Virus record (IMG/VR): IMGVR_UViG_3300045988_068382
Coordinates: 1-36,218 of that record
Direction: 5' to 3' (one strand)
From: a virus
Length of the DNA stretch: 36,218 nucleotides
The notes below the pieces were generated by a model. That model made no database searches. It had not been told where the DNA came from and worked only from the letters and a program-made list of their open reading frames with translations. Position numbers and translations under genes: made by a program. The stretch's first letter is position 1. Every line of letters begins with the position of its first letter. Shown one piece after another: positions 17,254 to 23,235 of the stretch.

Positions 17254-17412
17254 TCACGCCTTTGTGCTTGTTTGCGTTGCTTCTCCGTCCGACAGTCCCT
17301 GAATGTACGTGATTCCAAGCTTGATACTGGTTTCAGACATTCCAGAGATTTTCAACAACTCCCGCAGCAACTGCTTGACTTCTCTTACCTGTACCTGTGT
17401 TTTGTCAGCCAT
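17254..17412 (-). CDS. Hypothetical first gene of the leftward early operon (52 aa)
   Basis: ATG at 17412 after GAGGTGATACAT. Preceded by a non-coding leader region of about 300 bp. Confidence 0.5.
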   Translation of the reverse strand: MADKTQVQVREVKQLLRELLKISGMSETSIKLGITYIQGLSDGEATQTSTKA

Positions 17413-17648
17413 ATGTATCACCTCGCTTTGCGGAATTGCGGAGCGTCCGGGAGTTGCACCCGGCTGATACTCGTCGCCCCATCTGCGGCAGCATTGCCAG
17501 TACTGCCGCATGGATAAGAAAGGAGGTATTCGCCACAATGGCGATTGAAGATTGAAGATGTTGGTAAGCGGTTTTACGTCATGCTCGGGACGTGGAAACG
17601 CGGCTTCATTACAATTTAATTACATTTTTGTCGAATCCTGTCGAATAC

Positions 17649-17677
17649 TTGCATTCCACAAATGAATATGGTATAAT
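17649..17677 (+). promoter_or_regulatory. Promoter of the Ltp-like/lipoprotein operon
   Basis: TTGCAT (17649-17654), a 17-nt spacer ending in TATGg, and TATAAT (17672-17677). It lies 34 nt upstream of the ATG at 17711, which has an AGGAGG RBS. Confidence 0.6.
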
Positions 17678-17710
17678 AAAAATATCAATTTTTTAGGAGG
17701 ATGTACCACT

Positions 17711-18544
17711 ATGAAATGTCCGTCATGTGGCAGTGAAAACGCTGCCGGAACAAAATTCTGTAGCCTGTGCGGCACAAAGCTTCCGTTGGACGGTGCTGAA
17801 CAGCCGACCACCGCACAGTCTGCACAGCAGCCCGTTCCGCCGACCCCGCAGCAGCCCAACAACACATATCAGAATGCTGCACCGCAGTACCAACAGTACC
17901 AGCAGTATCCACAACCGCCGAAGAAAGAACCGCTTAGCAAGCAGACTTGGTTTGTCGTGCTGATGCTCATTCTGGTGTGGCCCGTTGGTCTGATACTGAT
18001 GTGGTGCAATAAGAAAGAATGGAAGCTGCCTGTAAAAATCATCATCACTGCCTTTTTTGCCCTGATGCTTATCATCGGTGCCGTATCTGGCAGCGGCAGC
18101 AGTTCTTCTGACGATTCCAGTTCTTCCCCTGTTGTGACTACGACAGCAACCACAACGGAAGAAACCGAAAAAGCAACAGAGGCAGTCACAGCAGAACCGA
18201 CAGAGGCACCGACCGAAGCACCGACAACTCCCGTTCCCACAGAAGATCCCAATGTCACAATCGGCATGAAAAATGCACTGAAAACGGCACAAAGCTATTT
18301 GAACATTTCTGCATTTTCTTATACCGGATTGATCGACCAGTTGGAATACGAAAAATATTCTGTAGAAGAAGCAACCTACGCTGCTGACAACTGCGGAGCC
18401 GACTGGAATGAACAGGCGGCAAAATGTGCACAGAACTATATCGACCTTACTTCTTTCTCCCGCGACGGGCTAATCGACCAGCTTATCTATGAGGGCTTCA
18501 CACAGGAGCAGGCTGAATACGGTGCACAGGCAGTAGGGTATTAA
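17711..18544 (+). CDS. Ltp-family (superinfection-exclusion type) protein with an N-terminal zinc ribbon and membrane anchor
   Basis: N-terminus MKCPSCGSENAAGTKFCSLCG (zinc ribbon), a P/Q linker, and two hydrophobic helices (TWFVVLMLILVWPVGLILMW; IIITAFFALMLIIGAV). An S/T-rich linker follows, then two Ltp repeats (NALKTAQSYLNISAFSYTGLIDQLEYEKYSVEEATYAADN; AAKCAQNYIDLTSFSRDGLIDQLIYEGFTQEQAEYGAQAV). Confidence 0.85.
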   Translation: MKCPSCGSENAAGTKFCSLCGTKLPLDGAEQPTTAQSAQQPVPPTPQQPNNTYQNAAPQYQQYQQYPQPPKKEPLSKQTWFVVLMLILVWPVGLILMWCNKKEWKLPVKIIITAFFALMLIIGAVSGSGSSSSDDSSSSPVVTTTATTTEETEKATEAVTAEPTEAPTEAPTTPVPTEDPNVTIGMKNALKTAQSYLNISAFSYTGLIDQLEYEKYSVEEATYAADNCGADWNEQAAKCAQNYIDLTSFSRDGLIDQLIYEGFTQEQAEYGAQAVGY

Positions 18545-18591
18545 ACCGCTGAACGCATAAGCATAAACATCAACTTTTAGGAGGAATTTAT

Positions 18592-19119
18592 ATGAAGTTC
18601 AAACTCTTAGCACTTGCACTCGCCGCCGCATTTGTGCTCTGCTTTGCTGGCTGCGGCTCATCTACAAATGAAAGTTCTGATTCTTCTGCACAGGCAGAGG
18701 AATCCAGCATTGCAGAATCCAGTGCGGAGGAATCCAGCACCGAAGAAGCTTCTGCTGCGGAAACGATTCCGGCAGGAGATTTTACAGTATCCGGAGATGG
18801 AACCGTGTACTTGTCTACTGCCGGCGGCACTACGGAAGATGGAAACGTTCCAGTTGTCAGTGCGTCCAGCGATACACAGATCAAACAGATCGGTATCAAT
18901 GCCCACGGTTACGACGGTACCATGATGGCTTACATCTACATCGACGGCAGCTTTGCAGACAAGCAGCAGCTGTCTGATTCTCAGGCTACTCTGGACTTGT
19001 CCGGTGAAAGCCTTACAGAAGGCGTTCACAAGGTTGAGGTTGTCCAGTATACCGGTGATACGGTATCCGCTGACAATGTAGCGACCTATCAGACCATGCA
19101 GTACGAAATCAAGTATTAA
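18592..19119 (+). CDS. Secreted lipoprotein of unknown function
   Basis: Signal peptide plus lipobox MKFKLLALALAAAFVLCFAG|C, an acidic Ser/Glu-rich linker, and a beta-rich C-terminal domain. The RBS is AGGAGG. It is co-oriented with the Ltp-like gene, with a 47-nt gap. Confidence 0.8.
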   Translation: MKFKLLALALAAAFVLCFAGCGSSTNESSDSSAQAEESSIAESSAEESSTEEASAAETIPAGDFTVSGDGTVYLSTAGGTTEDGNVPVVSASSDTQIKQIGINAHGYDGTMMAYIYIDGSFADKQQLSDSQATLDLSGESLTEGVHKVEVVQYTGDTVSADNVATYQTMQYEIKY

Positions 19120-19143
19120 GCAGATTTCTCTCTGCTTTCCCAA

Positions 19144-19172
19144 AAGCCTGCCGCTTTGCGGCGGGCTTTTTT
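19144..19172 (+). terminator. Rho-independent terminator ending the Ltp-like/lipoprotein operon
   Basis: AAGCCTGCCGC-TTT-GCGGCGGGCTT (11 bp with one G-U pair) followed by a T6 tract. On the opposite strand it is followed by UUUUGGG. Confidence 0.75.
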
Positions 19173-19237
19173 GCTGCCATGCCCGCAATGACCTCAAAGG
19201 TTCTTCGTGACGGAAGATACAGCGGTATCGTTTTTTC

Positions 19238-19266
19238 TTGTATTCACTGCTTCAGTATGGTATAAT
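19238..19266 (+). promoter_or_regulatory. Promoter of the DUF2513 gene
   Basis: TTGTAT (19238-19243), a 17-nt spacer ending in TATGg, and TATAAT (19261-19266). RBS GGAAGGGGGTGA, then ATG at 19291. Confidence 0.6.
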
Positions 19267-19290
19267 GGAGCGAGGAAGGGGGTGAATAAT

Positions 19291-19682
19291 ATGAAGTTAG
19301 ACTATGACTGTTTACGGTCATTGCTGTTAAAGTTGGAAGATTTTGAAAATCTTGATAATGATCTGTGCTATCAGTCCATGACACTAGATGATATGGAAAA
19401 AAACTGACAAACTTTTCAAAAAACGAGATTGCATACGCTACTTTGAAAGCCAAAGAAGGCGGTTTGATAAACGCAAACATCGTGAATGCAGATGATTGCA
19501 TTTATACGTGCATCTATTCCAGCTTAACTTACGATGGGCATCAATTCCTTGATAATGTCAGGAACAACAACATCTGGAATAAAACAAAATCGATTGCAAA
19601 AGAATTAGGATGCACATCGTTCCGTTCGCTGTTATCCATTTCCGAAAAAATTATTCTTGCTATGATTCAGTCGCAGTTATAG
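19291..19682 (+). pseudogene. DUF2513-family gene split by a frameshift at an A7 homopolymer
   Basis: The N-terminal part MKLDYDCLRSLLLKLEDFE... stops at 19405-19407. The continuation ...KLTNFSKNEIAYATLKAKEGGLINA...LTYDGHQFLDNVRNNNIWNKTK is in the +1 frame. An eighth A in the run at 19397-19403 would restore one ORF of about 130 aa. Confidence 0.7.
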
Positions 19683-19776
19683 GATTTGCATTCTCATCGG
19701 TCACGGCAAATTCTTTCTTTGTTGTAAGAAAGCAGCCAAGAAAGCCGCCGTTCGGTATCTGACAAATTTCTTTTTG

Positions 19777-19823
19777 GCACTCTGTATTTTTCTGTGGATC
19801 ACACAGGTACAGAGTGCTTTTTT
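19777..19823 (+). terminator. Rho-independent terminator after the DUF2513 gene
   Basis: GCACTCTGTA (19777-19786) pairs with TACAGAGTGC (19808-19817), with an inner stem CTGTG/CACAG, followed by a T6 tract (19818-19823). The tract overlaps the stop codon of the convergent 61-aa ORF. Confidence 0.75.
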
Positions 19824-20008
19824 CATCGATTTTCACTGTTTTTCACCCCCCTCTTGTCTTCTTTAGCGAGGTGATTGCGGCAAGCCTCGTAGATAGCTCC
19901 AGCGGTCACCCCGGGTGGATCCTTTAATACATTAGTCACTACAATTTGTCGGTTTTGTAATTCTAGTACAAGACCGGCAATTTCTGTGCCTTTTATTGTA
20001 ATTTCCAT
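19823..20008 (-). CDS. 61-aa protein transcribed divergently from the repressor (Cro-position gene; function unknown)
   Basis: ATG at 20008, 9 nt after AAAGGAG. It is the only gene downstream of the leftward switch promoter. No obvious HTH is recognised. Confidence 0.55.
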   Translation of the reverse strand: MEITIKGTEIAGLVLELQNRQIVVTNVLKDPPGVTAGAIYEACRNHLAKEDKRGVKNSENR

Positions 20009-20068
20009 TGCTGTCAACTCCTTTCTATGTATTCAGCTTTGTTCGGGTTTGTCCCTTGCTGTGATTCT

Positions 20069-20097
20069 ATAATATCACATTCGTGATATGATGTCAA
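20069..20097 (-). promoter_or_regulatory. Leftward switch promoter (TTGACA - 17 nt - TATTAT)
   Basis: On the minus strand the -35 TTGACA is at 20097-20092, the 17-nt spacer is TCATATCACGAATGTGA, and the -10 TATTAT is at 20074-20069. The spacer contains the operator palindrome. Confidence 0.65.
20072..20089. promoter_or_regulatory. Operator-like perfect palindrome ATATCAC-ATTC-GTGATAT
   Basis: 7-bp arms with a 4-nt spacer, located between the -35 and -10 of the leftward promoter. A degenerate copy (ATCAC-GAAT-GTATGAT, 20212-20227) occupies the same position in the rightward promoter. Confidence 0.6.
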
Positions 20098-20140
20098 CGC
20101 TTTTTCCTATGTTTGTGGTTTAAAATATTATTTTCGTATG

Positions 20141-20174
20141 ATTGCACAAAATTCAATTATCACTTTTGTGCAAT
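20141..20174. promoter_or_regulatory. Central inverted repeat ATTGCACAAAA - N12 - TTTTGTGCAAT between the divergent promoters
   Basis: Perfect 11-bp arms (20141-20151 and 20164-20174). The 12-nt loop contains another TTATCAC half-site. It lies upstream of both promoters, so it is probably a protein-binding site rather than an RNA structure. Confidence 0.6.
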
Positions 20175-20203
20175 TTTAAAGCCTTTTTCACACATATCGC
20201 ACG

Positions 20204-20232
20204 TTGACATTATCACGAATGTATGATACAAT
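20204..20232 (+). promoter_or_regulatory. Rightward switch promoter for the repressor operon (TTGACA - 17 nt - TACAAT)
   Basis: TTGACA at 20204-20209, the 17-nt spacer TTATCACGAATGTATGA, and TACAAT at 20227-20232. RBS GAGGAGG at 20244-20250, ATG at 20258. Confidence 0.7.
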
Positions 20233-20257
20233 GATATTATAGTGAGGAGGTGAAAGA

Positions 20258-20758
20258 ATGGAAACAAAAGACATACTAAAATCACTGCGTAAGTCAAACG
20301 GATATTCTACAATGCAAGAATTTTGTGCTGCGGCAGATATCAGCTTTAGCACATACCAAAACTATGAGTCTGGAAAAAGAGTCCCAACTGCCGAGATACT
20401 TGTAAAACTCGCTGACTTTTACGGCGTCACCGCCGACTACCTCCTCGGCAGACCCGATGCAAAGCCGCCGGAAGAACCGCTGGACGAATTTGCTCGAAAA
20501 GAGCATTTAAAAAGTTTAGAAAAAGTGTTTATGAAAAAGTACTTAGCACTTACCGAGGAACAACGGGACAAGGTTCTGGATTTCTTACGCGGCGTTGTGG
20601 CGGAGGAAACTGCCGCACAAGCCTCAAAGCTGAAGATGTCCCGTGTGTACGAAGCTGCAAGGAGCAACGATCCGAACAACGCACCACACTTTGCAGAGTA
20701 CCCAGAGGAAGAGCTGAAAAAACTGGATGATGATCCGGACACAGACTTCGACCTATAA
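20258..20758 (+). CDS. XRE-family (cI / ImmR-like) repressor without an S24 peptidase domain
   Basis: N-terminal HTH LRKSNGYSTMQEFCAAADISFSTYQNYESGKRVPTAEILVKLADFYGVTADYLLGR. The C-terminal half is acidic and helical, with no Ser/Lys autocleavage motif recognised. Confidence 0.88.
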   Translation: METKDILKSLRKSNGYSTMQEFCAAADISFSTYQNYESGKRVPTAEILVKLADFYGVTADYLLGRPDAKPPEEPLDEFARKEHLKSLEKVFMKKYLALTEEQRDKVLDFLRGVVAEETAAQASKLKMSRVYEAARSNDPNNAPHFAEYPEEELKKLDDDPDTDFDL

Positions 20759-20801
20759 TAAAAAACACCTCATGTGGTATAATAGCCATTGAGGTGATTT
20801 T

Positions 20802-21362
20802 ATGAATTATGGTATTTATAAGGGTGCCAGAGATGCGAGCTGGCGTTGTCTGATTGACTGCAATATATCAGAGCTGCCGGTGAAACCGGTACAGATCGCG
20901 TGGCAATACGGCTTGACCTGTAAGGATAGTGCACGGTTTTTGCAGGTTGACGAAGCAGGCAAGATCATTCGGCGTAGCTCCGGAGATGTTCAGATACTTC
21001 TGCGACCAGATGCACCTGTTTCGGGAAAGCGGTTTACCGTTATGCATGAATTAGGGCATTATCTGCTTGGGCATCTGGGAGACGAGCCACTGTCCAGAAG
21101 CCAGAGCACCATCACACAGCCGGAAGAATATGCGGCAGAGCGTTTTGCCGTAGGTGTATTGATGCCTGCTTGTGTTCTGTGGGGCATTGGAGCATTTGAT
21201 GCGGAAACGATAGCCCGGCTTTGCAACGTGTCTCCAGAAGCTGCACAACGTCGTTCTGAACGACTTCGTCTCTTGCGAAAGAGGGGGAAATTTTTGACCA
21301 GCCCGTTGGAACAGCAGGTCTTTCAACAATTTAAGGATTTTATTGCCAAAAATAAAGGATAA
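20802..21362 (+). CDS. ImmA/IrrE-family zinc metalloprotease (anti-repressor protease)
   Basis: Contains VMHELGHYLLGH (HEXXH) and a downstream EEYAAERFAVGVLMP, typical of DUF955/ImmA. It lies immediately downstream of the XRE repressor. Confidence 0.88.
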   Translation: MNYGIYKGARDASWRCLIDCNISELPVKPVQIAWQYGLTCKDSARFLQVDEAGKIIRRSSGDVQILLRPDAPVSGKRFTVMHELGHYLLGHLGDEPLSRSQSTITQPEEYAAERFAVGVLMPACVLWGIGAFDAETIARLCNVSPEAAQRRSERLRLLRKRGKFLTSPLEQQVFQQFKDFIAKNKG

Positions 21363-21492
21363 CAAAAAACCGCCCCACGGCGGCAACCGTGAAGCGGCAA
21401 GAGGAAAAACTATTGCTGTAATAGCCCTCCAGAACAAGGTCTATTATAGCATATTTCCTCTGAAATTGCAAGTACAAGGAGGAAAAAATATC

Positions 21493-22986
21493 ATGCAGGC
21501 AGCAGCATATGCACGATACAGCACAGAGCATCAGACCGACAGCAGCATTGCCTATCAGATGCGGAAGATCGAGGAGTACTGCGATGCCCACGGCATCACC
21601 GTATCCGCCCGTTACGCCGACGAGGCAATGAGCGGCACCAACACACAGCGACCGGCGTTCCAGTCCCTCTGCCGAGATGCTGCACAGCGAAAATTCGATG
21701 CCGTTGTGATCTACGACATCAGCCGTGGCAGCCGTGACGTTTCCGACTGGTTCAGTTTCCGGAAACAGATGGCTCTGCTGCACATTCAGGTCATTTCCGT
21801 AGAGGATCACATCGGCGACATTCTCAACCCTGCCGACTATCTGACGGAGCTGATCACCGTGGGGCTGGGGCAGCATCACGTCCTCACCAGCCGCCAGAAG
21901 TCCATGGACAGCATCGCCACCAAGGCAAAGACCGGACAGTTTCTGGGCGGTACGCCCAACTTCGGCTACACCATTGACAAAAACGGCAGATATGTGATCC
22001 AGCCGGCAGAGGCGGAGATCGTCCGGACAATATACCAGATGTACGCCGCCGGCAAAAGCTACGGCGAAATCTTAGACACCATCGGCGAAGTACGGGGACG
22101 GCGTGGCAAGGTCATGGGCAAGAACAGCCTGCACTATCTGCTGCGGAACGAGCGGTACATCGGCGTGTACAGCTGGTGCAAGTATCACCACAAGATCATG
22201 GGCAAGTATGCCGGAAATATCCCCAACGAGAACGCTGTCCGCATCGAGGACAGCATTCCGGCAATCATCGACAAGGACACATGGGAGGCGGTTCAGATGC
22301 GTATGAATGACAAGAAACAGCGGGCGTGCAACAAGGCAAAGCGGAACTATCTGCTCTCCGGTCTGATCGAATGTACGGAGTGTGGTGCCAGCTATGTGGG
22401 GCATACGTCCACCAACAAGCGTGGCTATTCCACACGGTACTACTGCTGCGGCAACAAGTACCGGAACCACACCTGCCACGCCAAGAACATCAATGCGGAG
22501 GAGCTGGAGGCATTCGTGGTGCAGAATCTGAAGCACTACCTTGCAAACGTGGACTTTTCGCAGATGGCACAGCAGATCGCCGACGAGATCAACGGTGCTA
22601 CAACTGACCTGAAAGCGGAGCGGAAGGAGCTGGCGGACATCATCTTCCAGCTGAACAACGGCACCAAGGCGATCCTCAAAGGCATTGACTATCCGGAATT
22701 GCAGGAGGAAATGTTCCGGCTGCGTGTGCGGAAGTCGGAGCTGGAGGACATGATCCAGCGTGGTGCAGAGCATAATCCGGTCAGCGTGGAAAAGCTGGTG
22801 CAGCTGTTCCAGAACGCCATGGAGCGTCTGGACACCGACACCAAACAGGTGTGCAAGTCCATGGTAAAAATTTACGCCCACTCCAATGGTGACTGTGACC
22901 TTGAAGTAGGCGTACATATAAATGGTTGCGGGAGCCGTCAAACTATCCTATGTACAACTATACATTTCTGTAAAAAAACGGCGTGA
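21493..22986 (+). CDS. Large serine recombinase (integrase)
   Basis: ATG at 21493 after AAGGAGG. The resolvase catalytic N-terminus AAAYARYSTEHQ is followed by a recombinase domain (FGYTIDKNGRY...), a zinc ribbon (CTECGASY...YYCCGNKYRNHTCH) and a coiled coil. Confidence 0.92.
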   Translation: MQAAAYARYSTEHQTDSSIAYQMRKIEEYCDAHGITVSARYADEAMSGTNTQRPAFQSLCRDAAQRKFDAVVIYDISRGSRDVSDWFSFRKQMALLHIQVISVEDHIGDILNPADYLTELITVGLGQHHVLTSRQKSMDSIATKAKTGQFLGGTPNFGYTIDKNGRYVIQPAEAEIVRTIYQMYAAGKSYGEILDTIGEVRGRRGKVMGKNSLHYLLRNERYIGVYSWCKYHHKIMGKYAGNIPNENAVRIEDSIPAIIDKDTWEAVQMRMNDKKQRACNKAKRNYLLSGLIECTECGASYVGHTSTNKRGYSTRYYCCGNKYRNHTCHAKNINAEELEAFVVQNLKHYLANVDFSQMAQQIADEINGATTDLKAERKELADIIFQLNNGTKAILKGIDYPELQEEMFRLRVRKSELEDMIQRGAEHNPVSVEKLVQLFQNAMERLDTDTKQVCKSMVKIYAHSNGDCDLEVGVHINGCGSRQTILCTTIHFCKKTA

Positions 22987-23140
22987 AAAAAAGAAGCAGC
23001 TTTGTGTGGAAATAAAGCGAAAAGGAGCAGCGACACAACAGAATTTTTAAGGATCAATCATATCAATGAATGTGTGAAAAAACTGGTCGTCTTGCTTTAA
23101 AAGCGTTTAACTTTTTCTCCCTATATTCTTATAATTAGTC

Positions 23141-23169
23141 TTGAAATGTGATCTACTTTGTGATATAAT
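23141..23169 (+). promoter_or_regulatory. Promoter of the Abi gene (TTGAAA - 17 nt - TATAAT with a TGTGa -16 element)
   Basis: TTGAAA at 23141-23146, the 17-nt spacer tgtgatctactttgtga, and TATAAT at 23164-23169. Confidence 0.6.
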
Positions 23170-23235
23170 TATAAATATTGCTATTTGATTCAGGACGGTG
23201 AAATAAATTTGGAAACATTATTATATCATTCTCCG

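Noticed and set aside
17520-17555. Perfect AAGGAGG followed by ATG on the plus strand
   Set aside because: The ORF is only five codons (MAIED) before the TGA, with no evidence that it is a functional leader peptide. It is kept only as a note within the 17413-17710 finding.
17620-17912. Minus-strand ORFs of 67-81 aa overlapping the Ltp-like promoter and N-terminus
   Set aside because: They are Cys/Gly-rich with no RBS, and they overlap a strongly supported plus-strand gene and promoter.
21340-22941. Minus-strand ORFs (21340-21879, 22072-22941) opposite the serine integrase
   Set aside because: They are antisense shadows of a gene with clear resolvase, recombinase and zinc-ribbon motifs. They have no RBS.
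22987-23140. Searched the integrase-Abi gap (and 24247-24418) for attP or a tRNA-like integration target
   Set aside because: Only short weak dyads were found (TTGTGT...ACACAA; ATCAAT repeats), with no tRNA-like arms. attP cannot be assigned from sequence alone.
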